Positions 1-14,283 of a stretch of 64,000 nucleotides of DNA are shown one piece after another. Numbering within the stretch: the first letter of the stretch is position 1; every line of letters begins with the position of its first letter. Both the position numbers and the translations under genes were made by a program. The DNA lies in contig OZ024747.1 in the NCBI GenBank assembly GCA_964016885.1, forward strand, positions 20,708,001 through 20,772,000, read 5' to 3'. Under the pieces are notes generated by a model, which worked only from the letters and a program-made list of their open reading frames with translations, ran no database searches and was not told the DNA's origin. This DNA is from Eledone cirrhosa. Taxonomy: Eukaryota.

Positions 1-2190
1 CATCATCATCAGCACCATCATCATCAGCACCATCATCATCAGCACCATCATCATCATCACCATCATCAGCACCATCATCATCATCACCATCATCATCAGC
101 ACCATCATCATCAGCACCATCATCATCAGCACCATCATCATCAGCACCATCATCATCAGCACCATCACCATCAGCACCATCATCATCAGCACCATCATCA
201 TCATCAGCACCATCATCATCAGCACCATCATCATCAGCACCATCATCATCAGCACCACCATCATTAGCACCATCATCATCAGCACCACCATCATTAGCAC
301 CATCATCATCAGCACCATCATCATCACCACCAGCATCATCAGCACCATCATCATCATCACCATCATCATCAGCACCACCATCATTAGCACCATCATCATC
401 AGCACCACCATCATTAGCACCATCATCATCAGCACCATCATCATCATCACCATCATCATCATCACCATCATCATCAGCACCATCATCATCATCACCATCA
501 TCATCATCACCATCATCATCAGCACCATCATCATCAGCACCATCATCATCAGCACCACCATCATTAGCACCATCATCATCATCACCATCATCATCATCAC
601 CATCATCATCAGCACCATCATCATCACCACCACCATCATCATCACCATCATCATCAGCACCATCATCATTAGCACCATCATCATCATCACCATCATCATC
701 AGCACCATCATCATCACCACCACCATCATCATCACCATCATCATCAGCACCATCATCATTAGCACCATCATCATCATCACCATCATCATCATCACCATCA
801 TCATCATCACCATCATCATCATCACCATCATCATCAGCACCATCATCATCAGCACCACCATCATTAGCACCATCATCATCAGCACCATCATCATCATCAC
901 CATCATCATCATCACCATCATCATCAGCACCATCATCATCACCACCACCATCATCATCACCATCATCATCATCACCATCATCATCAGCACCATCATCATC
1001 ATCACCATCATCATCAGCACCATCATCATCAGCACCATCATCATCATCACCAGCATCATCAGCACCATCATCATCAGCACCATCATCATCAGCACCATCA
1101 TCATCACCACCACCATCATCAGCACCATCATCATCATCATCACCATCATCATCAGCACCATCATCATCAGCACCATCATCATCAGCACCATCATCATCAT
1201 CACCATCATCATCAGCACCATCATCATCAGCACCATCATCATCATCACCAGCATCATCAGCACCATCATCATCAGCACCATCATCATCAGCACCATCATC
1301 ATCACCACCACCATCATCAGCACCATCATCATCATCATCACCATCATCATCAGCACCATCATCATCAGCACCATCATCATCAGCACCATCATCATCAGCA
1401 CCATCACCATCAGCACCATCATCATCAGCACCATCACCATCAGCACCATCATCATCAGCACCATCATCATCATCACCATCATCATCACCACCATCATCAT
1501 CAGCACCATCATCATCAGCACCATCATCATCACCACCACCATCATCAGCACCATCATCATCATCATCACCATCATCATCAGCACCATCATCATCAGCACC
1601 ATCATCATCAGCACCATCATCATCAGCACCATCATCATCAGCACCATCATCATCACCACCATCATCATCAGCACCATCATCATCAGCACCATCATCACCA
1701 TCGGCACCATCATCATCATCACCATCATCATCAGCACCATCATCATCATCAGCACCATCATCATCAGCACCATCATCATCAGCACCATCATCATCAGCAC
1801 CATCATCATCATCACCATCATCATCACCATCATCATCAGCACCATCATCATCATCACCATCATCATCAGCACCATCATCATCATCACCATCATCATCAGC
1901 ACCATCATCATCACCACCATCATCATCAGCACCACCATCATCAGCACCATCATCATCAGCACCATCACCACAATCACCATCATCATCAGCACCATCATCA
2001 TCATCACCATCATCATCATCACCATCATCATCAGCACCATCATCATCAGCACCATCATCATCAGCACCATCATCATCATCACCATCATCATCAGCACCAT
2101 CATCATCAGCACCATCATCATCAGCACCATCATCATCAGCACCATCATCATCACCACCATCATCATCACCACCATCACCATCACCACAGT
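1..2190. repeat. Degenerate trinucleotide satellite, mostly 15-bp unit CATCATCATCAGCAC
   Basis: Continuous CAT/CAC/CAG triplets with 15-bp periodicity; runs off the window start. Confidence 0.97.
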
Positions 2191-2394
2191 TGTTATCACC
2201 AATATGATAACGATCGTGATCAATTCTATCATTATCTGCTTCATTATTCACCATATTTTTACAATAAGTACCATCACCATCACAATTATCATATTGACAA
2301 TCTTCACCAGAATCATCATCATCATCATCATCACATTCACCTCATCAATCCTCACCATTAAAAATCACATCGGCAGCAGTAGCAGCAACACCAT

Positions 2395-3543
2395 CATTCA
2401 CTATCACCACAATCACCATCATCATCACAATCACCATCGTCACCACCATCACAATCACCATCACCACAATCACCATCACCACAATCACCATCATCACCAT
2501 CACCACAATCACCATCGTCACCATCACCACAATCACCATCATCACCATCACCACAATCACCATCATCATCACAATCACCATCGTCACCATCATCACAATC
2601 ACCATCACCACAATCACCATCACCACCATCACCACAATCACCATCACCACCATCACCACAATCACCATCACCACCATCACCACAATCACCATCATCATCA
2701 CAATCACCATCGTCACCATCACCACAATCACCATCATCATCACAATCACCATCACCACAATCACCATCATCATCATCATCACAATCACCATCGTCATCAT
2801 CACCACTATCACCATCATCATCACAATCACCATCATTCACCATAACCACAATCACCATCATCATCACAATCACCATCACCACCATCACCACAATCACCAT
2901 CATCATCACAATCACCATCATCATCACAATCACCATCGTCACCATCGTCACCATCACCACAATCACCATCATCATCACAATCACCATCGTCACCATCACC
3001 ACAATCACCATCATCACCACCATCACAATCACCATCACCACAATCACCATCGTCACCACCATCACAATCACCATCACCACAATCACCATCGTCACCACCA
3101 TCACAATCACCATCACCACAATCATCATCATCATCACAATCACCATCGTCACCATCACCACAATCACCATCATCATCACAATCACCATCATTCACCATCA
3201 GCACAATCACCATCATCATCACAATCACCATCGTCACCATCACCACAATCACCATCATCATCACAATCACCATCGTCACCATCACCACAATCACCATCAT
3301 CACCACCATCACAATCACCATCACCACAATCACCATCACCACAATCACCATCGTCACCATCACCACAATCACCATCATCATCACAATCACCATCGTCACC
3401 ATCACCACAATCACCATCATCATCACAATCACCATCATTCACCATCAGCACAATCACCATCATCATCACAATCACCATCGTCACCACCACCATCATCATC
3501 GTCATCATCATCACCACCACCACCACCACCACCACCATCACCA
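2395..3543. repeat. Trinucleotide-based minisatellite (CACCATCACCACAAT / CACCATCATCATCACAAT units)
   Basis: Tandem units; the His/Asn and Gly/Asp/Cys 'ORFs' are translations of it. Confidence 0.95.
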
Positions 3544-3544
3544 T

Positions 3545-3728
3545 GGCAGTATCGGTAGAGGGTTGGACGCCATGCTTTGCAGCAAAGAGTTACGTCCCTT
3601 TACGGTCTGAGTTTCAAATCCCGCCGAGGTTAACTTTGCCTTTCATCCTTACGGGGTCGATAAAATAAAGTACCAGTAATACACTGGGTTTTTGCTGGCC
3701 TTGTGCCTAAAGTAGAAACAATTATTAT
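3545..3728 (+). mobile_element. tRNA-derived SINE with Meta/MESC-like core (family copy 1, near full length)
   Basis: GGCAGTATCGGTAGAG head, B-box-like GAGTTTCAAATCC, core CTTTGCCTTTCATCCTTACGGGGTCGATAAAATAAAGTACCAG, tail GCTGGCCTTGTGCCTAAAGTAGAAACA+(ATT); many further copies in window. Confidence 0.85.
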
Positions 3729-3920
3729 CAACATCATTATCACCATAATAATCACCATCATCATTATTATCAACATTATTATCATCATCATCGCCATCAT
3801 CAGTATTTCTATTCTCATTAGACAGATTGATGACATGTAATTTGATCATCGGTTATGGCAATCCCTGATTATTACTACTTTAAACATCACCTACATAACC
3901 ATCTTCCGAATTAACCTCAT

Positions 3921-4305
<385 letters not shown>

Positions 4306-4325
4306 TAATAATAATAAATAATATA

Positions 4326-4672
4326 GATGGTGGATGGGTGCTACACGAGAACATTAATCAGTATATACTGAGGATGAAAAACTCAGAGTTGTATGGGAGC
4401 ATCCCAAGAGTCAGCTGAGAAGTGACACAAAGGAGACTGAGGTTAGTTGGACATGTTCACCGACATCCAGAGTTGACATTGCACTCGGTGCTCCTGTGGG
4501 AGCCCCTACATGGACACACTGGAAAAGGAAGACCGAGGTTAACGTATGTTGATGTCCTAAGGTCAGACACTGGTCTGTTGGAGACGCAGGACATGGCAGT
4601 GATAATGACGGACAGAGACCGCTGGAGAGAACTCGTCCATGGATCTCGGGATTTTTACCCGCCCTAGAATAG
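4326..4672 (+). mobile_element. RTE-clade LINE 3' fragment
   Basis: Translates as RRLRLVGHVHRHPE...VLLWEPLHG...[11 protein letters not shown]...DRDRWRELV, typical RTE ORF C-terminus; near-identical to 33706-33975; flanked by TA. Confidence 0.85.
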
Positions 4673-4678
4673 AATATA

Positions 4679-4736
<58 letters not shown>

Positions 4737-4740
<4 letters not shown>

Positions 4741-5350
4741 AGCAAATTATAAACGTAAACATGTAAGTATGTTTTTGAAACGGTGCGCGAGTTTGAAATT
4801 AGAAATTAGAAATTAGAAGCTTTCACCGTATTTTAGACTAAAGAAATTTCTAGCCTGATAGTGGGGTTTATAACCCTCGGAGAAATGGAAAAAGATGAGT
4901 GTTGCCGTACATGGGAGTCGAACCCACATCTTTGGTTATCCAACACTGTACGGCAACACTCATCTTTTTCCATTTCTCCGAGGGTTATAAACCCCACTAT
5001 CAGGCTAGAAATTTCTTTAGTCTAAAATACGGTGAAAGCTTATAATTCCTAATTTCTAATTTCAAACTCGCGCACCGTTTCAAAAACATACATACATGAT
5101 TACGTTTATAATTTGCTTGTTTATCATTCACTTGCTAAGTTCATAGCTTCTAATTCGAATGGAAGGAGATGGGATGTGTATTGGTGTAATGGTAGCACAG
5201 TGGTCTGGATAGCCAAAGATGTGGGTTCGACTCCTATGTACGGCAACACTCATCTTTTTCCATTTCTCCGAGGGTTATAAACCCCACTATCAGGCTAGAA
5301 ATTTCTTTAGTCTAAAATACGGTGAAAGCTTATAATTTCTAATTTCTAAT
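4737..5350 (+). mobile_element. Non-coding element in (TA)n: inverted arm (4737-~4945) + 290-bp monomer (4947-5236) + partial direct repeat (5237-5350), containing a tRNA-like cassette
   Basis: TGTACGGCAACACTCATC...AATTTCTAAT occurs at 4947 and 5237; 4737-4910 is the reverse complement of 4947-5120. Confidence 0.85.
5175..5245 (+). pseudogene. tRNA-like sequence (A box TGGTGTAATGG, B box GGTTCGACTCC), followed by T5 Pol III terminator
   Basis: D stem GTGT/GCAC, T stem GTGGG/CCTAT with TTCGACT loop, anticodon arm TGGT-CTGGATA-GCCA; acceptor stem has two mismatches, so not called functional. Confidence 0.7.
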
Positions 5351-5417
5351 ATATATATATATATATATATATCCACATAAATATATATATATATATATGC
5401 ATATATAAATATATATT

Positions 5418-5565
5418 TACAATGTTCACAAGTGTTTTTTTAGGCATCATATCATGTTACCTTATTTTATCTGATGAGAACCCAACTATCGTCCCAGGAT
5501 GATATTTGTTTTTAAAATGCGCATAATAAAATATTTGGAACTTTTTAACCATGTTTTAATTTCTT

Positions 5566-5568
<3 letters not shown>
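5418..5568 (+). mobile_element. PLE terminal fragment with decayed hammerhead ribozyme (same family as 46975-50700)
   Basis: TATTTTAT-CTGATGA...GATGATATTTGTTTTT-(A)AAA-TGCGCATA-ATAAAATA at 5463-5533, aligns to 50506-50576; G12 mutated; TA on both sides. Confidence 0.75.
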
Positions 5569-5631
<63 letters not shown>

Positions 5632-5698
5632 TATACAGTATATATATATATATATATATGTGTGTGAGAAAAAGCACAGACCCTCCATCTCAACTCTA

Positions 5699-5736
5699 CT
5701 TTTGAAAAGCAGAAGAACTGCGAAACACCGGTAAAG
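5699..5736 (+). ncRNA. Candidate minimal hammerhead ribozyme, U3-A8 core variant
   Basis: CTT-TTGAAAA-GCAG agaa-loop CTGC-GAAA-C ACCG GTA-AAG; lies in a ~200-bp insert (5660-5875) between TA tracts. Confidence 0.55.
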
Positions 5737-5869
5737 GAACCAAATAAATATATATATATTTTTTTTTAAATAGGACTCCAGTTGCATTTTCGATTTCATC
5801 TTTTTTGCTTTATACTTTCACTCGTGTAGGACACCTCGGTTATTTTTCATTGTGTGAAAAGAACCTCAC

Positions 5870-5937
<68 letters not shown>

Positions 5938-5939
<2 letters not shown>

Positions 5940-6214
5940 TCGTCATTTAAGTCCGCTTTTTCCCTGCTTGCAAGGGTGGGACGGGAACGGATTCTGGCTT
6001 GATTTCTACAGATGGATGCCTTTCCTAACACCAACCTCAGTTACAGTGAGTGGTGGGTGCTTTTTTGCCGCAGCACCTCCACGACCACTTTGCAGTGGAA
6101 TCATAGGGATCCCAGTCCCTTTCATCTCATTTCTACAGCAGAATAAACTGGAGCAACGTGAAATAAAGTGTCTTGCTCAAGGAAACAGCACATCACCCGG
6201 TCAGCCATGTGCCT

Positions 6215-6216
<2 letters not shown>
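5938..6216 (-). mobile_element. SINE fragments (CORE-like segment and GGATGCC.TTCCT...CCAACC-type tail)
   Basis: Reverse strand TTGAGCAAGACACTTTATTTCACGTTGCTCCAG; similar to 12050-12080 and 37200-37230. Confidence 0.55.
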
Positions 6217-6295
<79 letters not shown>

Positions 6296-6460
6296 TGTAC
6301 ATGTATACTTATGTCTGCTTGTCGTTATCTCCCCTTCTCCCAATTCGCTTATCTTCCTCATGCTCTGCTTCCCCCTCTTCTCTTCTTTCTCTCTATCACT
6401 TACAACTATATTATCTGAATAATTAGCATCATGTCAACATCATGGTTAGCATTATTAGTC

Positions 6461-6498
<38 letters not shown>

Positions 6499-6684
6499 GT
6501 CGTTGCCATTAGTATTTGTCATTTGTATTATCATCCTCATCAAATATTTTACCATTCCTTCCTATTCACACTAATCACTATAATAATTTTTTTTAAATCT
6601 GTCTGTATGTATGTCCATTATATATGTTCACCACCAAAACACTGGCAATTCAGTTCTGATCTAGCTGTTGAAACGGCAAGAACT

Positions 6685-6734
<50 letters not shown>

Positions 6735-6735
<1 letters not shown>

Positions 6736-7893
6736 CTCGAGATGTGTATGGTTATAGGAACAGGAAGGACAACCGTACGAACGCGCATGCGCAGAAACTC
6801 AGTCACTTCACACAGGCATTACTAGACTGAGGTGTAAGGGAGATAACTGCGAAAGTCCGGAAAGTTTTTAGGTTGAAAATAAAATTTAAAATAAATTAAA
6901 ATAAAATTACAAAGAATCAGTTCGGAGCCTTGTAGTTATGCAATAGATGTTTGGTGACGTGTGGGCAACGTGTGAAAAAGTCACTTCTCGTGTTTAGGCA
7001 ATCACTATTGCGTAATCTCTTTAGGGTAGTTATTCGTTCATCAATACATAAGCCACACGTCGGATTTCCCCTTGCGTATGGCTTGGACTTAGTGATGGCT
7101 TTCCATTGAATGGAGTAGCCTATACTTGAGTCCTTGAGGGACCATACGTGGCTCGCGAGTTTCGTGGATGAACGTCTGTCCGGGTATCTGAAGGTTGACT
7201 GTTGGTTGAGGAAACGCTCCTTAAATCGGCCCTCCGCCATACCCACATAGGATTTGACCTCTTGTGGTTCGTTTGGTCGGTTGGAAGTGACCACAGCTCC
7301 ATAGATTATAGCTGGTGTGTTGCATTGCTGTTGAAGGGGGCAAGCTTCAGGATTACGGCAAGCGCACCCGGGTGGGGTGTTGCTCCTAGGGCTGCTTGTT
7401 ATGTGGGCCTTCGTGTTCTTAGCGCAGGAGTATCCTAGGTTAACTTTGTGTCGGTTAAAGATGGAGCGGTATGTATGACCTATGGGGAAGTGTCTATCTA
7501 AGAGGGCTAGAAATTTGTTTCCTACATTCGTTTTAACGTTGAGTGAGAAGGGAGGAGAGAACCAGATAGTTTGTCTATTGATGCGCTTACTTTTCTTAAT
7601 GGTGTTGTTGCTAGTGGGAGAGTAGGTGATAGGTTGTGAGAAGCCGCTGTTAGCCAACGCCGTGTTATAGTAGGGTGCCGCCCTGTCAAAGATAGCCTTA
7701 TTAGAGGAGAGGTCTGAGATTCTAGTACTGATATTCTTAACAAAGTTTCTAAAAACAGTGGGAGGGTGGCATGAGTCCTTGTGAATGTAATTAAGTTTCT
7801 CGTTTAACTTATGGAAGGGTTTGTGGGTGTGTGTGCGAAGGTCTAAATTAATGTCTAAGAATTCTACGCTAGAGAGGTTGGAGGCTACTATTA
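6735..7893 (-). mobile_element. 5'-truncated Penelope-like retroelement (RT thumb + linker + GIY-YIG endonuclease), Naiad-like
   Basis: ORF 6917-7893: FLDINLDL, YIHKDSCHPP, IWFSPPFS, CACRNPEACPLQQQC (CxCx5Cx5C), IIYGA...YVG...FKERF, CGLCIDE...LNTRSD..CPH; (CA)n on both flanks. Confidence 0.9.
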
Positions 7894-7919
7894 TCCTACA
7901 CACACATCATCTACACACA

Positions 7920-8600
7920 CGTTCATCTCTAGATTTCTAGAGAAGGGCACAGCTCTTCCACGTTTTACTGCCAAATATGCACACTTGGACTCACCAAATT
8001 TCATGTTGATGTCTGTTGAAAATTGTGTAATGAGGTCCAATTGTTTCTTGATTTCATTGATATTTGGCTCATACAGCTTCAGGTCATCAACAAAGAAAAG
8101 ATGGGAGATACTTCTGGGCCCACTTCTTTGTCCACCTTGTTTCCTGAGTAGGTAATATAGTGGATTTAATGAGAGAACGAAGAGTAGCACTGACAAGCTA
8201 TCACCCTGAAAGATGCCCTTCTGGTAATGCATCTTATCAGTCTTAACTTGCTCCTTCTCTCCTCTAAGGATCAAATTGGTGTACCAGTTCTTGGTCAGAC
8301 GTTCAACAACAGCTACCAGTGGTTATGGGACTTTGGCTAACTGTAAAGCCTTAACAATCCACCCATGAGTTACACTATCAAATGCTTTTTGATAGTCCAG
8401 CCACACCACAGTCATGTTTCTGCGATTCTTTGTTGTTTTTTCTTGAATCATTTTATTAGTTAGTAGGTGATCTATGCAACCCCACACCCCCCTCTTTCCA
8501 CCAGCTTGCTCAGGTGTTATGATGTTGATGGTAGCACAGTGATCCTGTAAGAACAGGTTAAGGCACCCAGTATATAATTTATACATGATGTTTTGGCATG
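7920..8600 (-). mobile_element. Non-LTR retrotransposon RT fragment, R4/Dong-like
   Basis: EQAGGKRGVWGCIDHLL, WLDYQKAFDSVTHGWI, GIFQGDSLSVLLFVLSLNPL, SHLFFVDDLKLY, MKFGESKC; interrupted by stop. Confidence 0.85.
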
Positions 8601-8959
8601 CTATTGGGCGGTAATTTTTAGCAAGGGTGGTTTGGCTATTTGGGGGAATGAGGAGAGTAGTGGCAGTTGATAACCATCTGGGCAGTTCTTATGTGCCTTT
8701 AAAGGTTTCTGTAAACAGCCGTATGAAATGTATGTATGTATATATATATGTATGTATATATGTATGTATATATACATATATATATGGGGTAGTGCGTATG
8801 TGTGCGTGTTTCTAAGGACACAAATATCTTCCTTTGCCACTTTGTAAAACGTAACCTTCTCGTCATAGAACTAACAATCTTAATATAACTACTAATGTAT
8901 TGTAAAACCGCAAGCCTTCTACTGTCCGTTAGTTAAACGATGCATTTCTGTTTGCATTA

Positions 8960-8990
<31 letters not shown>

Positions 8991-8995
<5 letters not shown>

Positions 8996-9201
8996 AACCA
9001 GTAAGACCCCGACAGCTGAGCTCAAGCCGTTTCGACGGCTAATTCTGGACTCAGAATTAGCCGTCCAGAATTAGCCGTCGAAACGGCTTGAGCTCAGCTG
9101 TCGGGGTCTTACTGGTTCCTATTACCCACTCTACTACCTCAAGTATTGAGTACTTTGGTGCGTTATGGTCCACCTGGTTCCTTACCACATTTCCTTCGTT
9201 A
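8991..9201 (+). mobile_element. Mini-palindromic PLE-end insert in (TA)n (arms 8991-~9050 / ~9063-9122, tail 9123-9201)
   Basis: ATAGGAACCAGTAAGACCCCGACAGC...GCTGTCGGGGTCTTACTGGTTCCTAT; half-hammerhead GAAACGGC-TTGAGCTCA-GCTGTC; homologous to the terminus of the PLE at 44536-46190. Confidence 0.85.
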
Positions 9202-9227
9202 TATATATATATATATATATATATATG

Positions 9228-9926
9228 TAGATAAATCTACCAAGAGTTTACGGTAGTGTCCAATCCGTATGAAGAACTCAATGTATTCCGGATATCATGG
9301 AAAGAAGAGATGTAATGAAAATCCACTTTCGGTGAAAGATAAACGGTATACAGAGTCAAGATAAAATATTAAACAAATAATGAACAAACAATTCCTTATA
9401 TTAAGCAAAAAAAGTTCACTATTTAACGATCGTTTCTAGGGCATATATGTGTTATAATTGGTATGCATATTTAACAGATCTATGTACAAAATTATACAAA
9501 ATTATACAAATTATCAAGATTAAATATACATACCTAACTCATATATACGCCGTCTTCAGAAATAATGAAGTATATTTATTGATAATAACAACAATTCAAA
9601 ATGTCAGTTCAAAATTGACCAATGAAAACACAAAGGGTAAAAAGCAGTTTGGTGTGTGTATATACATGCAAAAACCTTACACATATTTTACAATAATGTG
9701 TGTATAATTTGTATGTGTATACTAAAAAGATGGATGTAAACACAAAATTTCAAGGTTAATATCTCTGTAAGCTTAATGCGCTGATAAGATACGCAAAGAT
9801 ACTTATGGAGTCAAGCATATGCATACCAATTATAACACATATATGCCCTAGAAACGATCGTTAAATAGTGAACTTTTTTTGCTTAATATAAGGAATTGTT
9901 TGTTCATTATTTGTTTAATATTTTAT
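9228..9926 (-). mobile_element. Inverted-repeat insert in (TA)n (arms 9361-9470 / 9817-9926; tail 9228-9360)
   Basis: 110-bp inverted arms containing GAAAC-GATC-GTT (hammerhead stem III-like). Confidence 0.75.
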
Positions 9927-10156
9927 ATATATATATATATATTTATATCAGCATATGTTTGGTGAAAGAAACGAGGGTAGGTATTAAAACAAAAATAAGT
10001 GTTAAGGAATAAAATCATGTAAATTCATTTCCATCTTTTATGACATTTTTATATATGTATATTTTATGTATGTATATTTTATGTATGTATAGTTCTTTAT
10101 TTTCACTATTTAATCCGCAATCAAAATGTTCCATACACATATTACATTTATGCAAA

Positions 10157-10955
<799 letters not shown>

Positions 10956-11499
10956 TTCTCTCAGAATCAGAAGTCCATCTGACAGCAATATAATTGTAAA
11001 CGAACACCACAAACTCACACCAATCAAGATCCATCATACAGATACAAATATTCAGCCCCAAAACACATTTTACGCAATATACCAACGTCTATAGCAAGCA
11101 TACGAATCATAAAATATTTCAGCTTTAATCAACAAAACCTGAAACACATAATCTAGGGATAAATCCAAACCAAATTTAAAAACCTCGTAAAATTTTATCA
11201 GACCACAATCGTTCTCAATACCCAGTTTTTGTCAAAGGTTGTGGTTATCAGATAAATTAGCACCATACTCTCTGCAGAGAATTTAAATCGGAGAAGTGCC
11301 AAGCAATAAATTCACAGCCATGATATCGATGATTGTCGCCCTTGCATCCTCAAACTAACTGCCCTCCAAGGCTATTGTAAAAGAAAAGCTAGAGCAATTT
11401 AATTCGTCGTCCAGTTTAACAACAACAGTCAAACAATGGGTTTTCATTAAAGTACAAACAAGTACATGATAAAATGACAAGTCAGTGAATCATATTGAT

Positions 11500-11630
11500 G
11501 ACCTCCCCACAGCCCCGGCGGACAGAATGGAGAAGGCGTTTCCCCGGAGGACGGCAAGGGAGAATTCCTCATGCAGTGGAATCGAACCCAGGAATTTATC
11601 ATTGCAATGCAAACTATTCATTCAGCCCAC
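11500..11630 (-). mobile_element. Degenerate tRNA-derived SINE fragment
   Basis: Reverse strand B box GGGTTCGATTCC followed by GCCTTCTCCA..CTGTCCGCCGGGG, also seen on + at 39584-39610. Confidence 0.5.
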
Positions 11631-12139
11631 GTTCTGTTTTGTTGTAAAATAAGGTTTACTATAAATGTGTAGGTATTGATCTTTTATGGCTATAAAGAAA
11701 AAAAACTCTCTATACTTAGCTCGCATTTTTTGAATAAGCATTCCTACATATTGTTAATCAGCACAAATTCTTCATAGTCTCGCCAGATAAATGTCACAGA
11801 TAACTTTGCCTGCTTGCTGCTGCTGCTGCTGCTGTAGCTGTTGTTATTAATATCATCAAATCAACCCTAATAGAGCAGAACTATATTTAAAAGCGTGCCA
11901 ACTGTGACTATAACTTAATTTTTTTCTTTTGTTGTTTTTTCAAATATATTGTATGTAACTAGCATTAGATTCTCTATTGCAGATGCGTGGGTATTTGACT
12001 CACAATCATAGACTCATGAGTTCAATTTCCAGCGAAGCTTTCTCTCTTTTGAACAAGACACTTTATTTCACGCTGATCCCATTTACTCTACTGAAAAAAA
12101 GTTAGTTTTATCTGTATTTCAAAGGACCAACGAGTTTCT

Positions 12140-12400
12140 GGTGTTAATTTCGGGAACTACCACCTTACCGACCTTAACTACGCGGACGTCGCCATCCTAT
12201 TCAGGAACTCGATTGATCAGCTCAGGTACGCATTGACCATATACCGAGAGGAATCAGCAAAGCTTGGCCCTCAAGTGAGCTGGGCAAAGACCAAGCTGTT
12301 GAATGTCGGTGATGGTCTAGATCACCCCCCCCCCTTTCATATTGGCCACAACGTAATGGAGTTTATCAGCTCATTTCTTTACCTGGACTCGACAGTGACA
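12140..12400 (+). mobile_element. RTE-like LINE RT fragment
   Basis: HLTDLNYADVAIL (decayed YADD)...EESAKLGPQVSWAKTKLL...FLYLDS. Confidence 0.75.
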
Positions 12401-12834
12401 GTAAGCTTCATAAGCCTAGACTATACGGAAAAGATATAGAGATGTAATTGCGATGTCAAACATTTTGTCATGCTGAATTTCCTATGAAATTTCTAGCCCG
12501 ACCCTTGTATTTTACCTCTACTCCCTTTGTAATCAATGCAACCCTTTAATGCAAGCATGAGTATCATTCTTGCATCATAAATCTATTCGAACCCTAGTTT
12601 TCTATGACTGCTTTAATTTAACCACCTGACTATTGGGTGGTGAGTTTTTAATTCTAATACGAATAACTAGAGTTCACTCTGTTGCAAAGTTTCAGAGACC
12701 ATGAAAAGGGGTAATGACACCGTCTTGCCCTTCTGACATGATATAAAAACTGTGATTGAGTATTCCTTATTTCCTTCGTGTTGCTTTTTTTCTCTTTTTC
12801 TTTTTTTATTATTTTTTTCCTAACTTTAGTGAAA

Positions 12835-13220
12835 GGGAAAATCGATTACAACGAACCCAGTACTTGAGCGGTACTTTATTTTATCAACCTCTGAAAAATG
12901 AAAGGCAAAGTTGACCTCAACACGATTTGAGCTCAGAATGTAAAGGGCTGTAATTAACTGCTGCAAATGATCCTGCCAATCCACCGCCCTTCTTTTGTTA
13001 TAATAATTGTTTCTACTGTTGGTACAAGGCCAGCAATTTGAAGGGAAGGGGATGTTCGATTACATCTACCCAGTGCGCTACTACTACTTCCTTTTATCAA
13101 CCACGTAACGATGAAAGACAAACCTACCCTCGGTAAGATTTGATCTCCAAATGTAAAGGGTTGTAACTATCTGCCAAAACGCATATTTCCGACGCTCTAT
13201 CCATACTGCTAATTCACTGC
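12835..13220 (-). mobile_element. Two diverged Meta/MESC-type SINE copies
   Basis: GGTACTTTATTTTATCAACC...ATGAAAGGCAAAGTTGACCTC (12870-12920) and a second copy 13005-13220. Confidence 0.7.
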
Positions 13221-14283
13221 ATTTGTTTTGTTTTGTTTTGTTAGGATAATAAAAAATGATATTGCATAAAGCTGATCTTAGAAAAATGCATTATCATACA
13301 CTTATACAAGGACAATATTGATAGAGCATCGGAGGTGCACATTCAGCTATATACATTTTCACCTTATTTAATCAGGTCAGCTCCCAGGTGTCTGCTTCCT
13401 TCAAACTAAAACAAACAAAAAAAAAGCACATTTAAGAGAACTTATAAATTTTATATTCTGTGCTTATTATTTTATAATTTCCCGTTCTTTTTTTGGTTTT
13501 TGGTTTTTACTCGACATATTATTTCTCTATACTACTTAGTAGTGGTTAGGAAATTATCTTTGTCAGACACCACTCGTTAGATGTGATTATGATAAATATA
13601 ATCTGTCTCTCTGTGTGTCTTTTTTTTTAAACTCTTCTCAAAGAAGATATTTCTAATGCTTTCATTATTTTTATTATTCTTCAATCTATCCAGACTGATT
13701 TTTACATTGCTCTAGTTAATTATATTGAAGCTGTAGGTGATTGGTATAGCTCGTATATTAATGACAACTATTTTGTTTAGTATTTGCTGATAATTTCTTT
13801 ACTCATCATTATTTCATGCATTTGTTTTTATTTTTTGTGGTTGTTTTCGTTTATTTATTTTTTTTTTTTACCTTGCTAATTTAGATCTTGAAAAAAGAAA
13901 CATTGTGTTTTTTTTTTTTCTTTTCTATATCTTATGTAATTAAAATAACGTTAATTCACTTATCATCTATTAGTGGATAAAATTCACAGCATAATCAATA
14001 TATTAAGGTAAATAGATAACCCGTTCTTAATGAGTAAATTTACACTTGACACATAAAAATGCTAACCTTTGACCAGTTTTCATAATTCCATTGCCATGAC
14101 ATCAAATTATAGCATATAATGGCAAATAAGCATTTAGATATAAATAAAATATTTCGTGGTGGTTCATAAAATGAGAAAGAGAAAGTGAACGTAGAAAAAC
14201 TAATATTTGATTATAAATTTTGTTTTATCTTTACTCTGTTTTGTTTAGGTTAGCGTTTACGCACACACACACGCATATATATA

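Noticed and set aside
2204-3544. His-rich and Gly-Asp-Cys-rich ORFs resembling metal-binding or beak proteins
   Set aside because: Open on both strands in several frames because the triplet repeat lacks stops; no splice or non-repetitive coding context.
5175-5245. Functional tRNA-Ser(GGA)
   Set aside because: Acceptor mismatches, pyrimidine at position 37, no long variable arm, embedded in a repeat.
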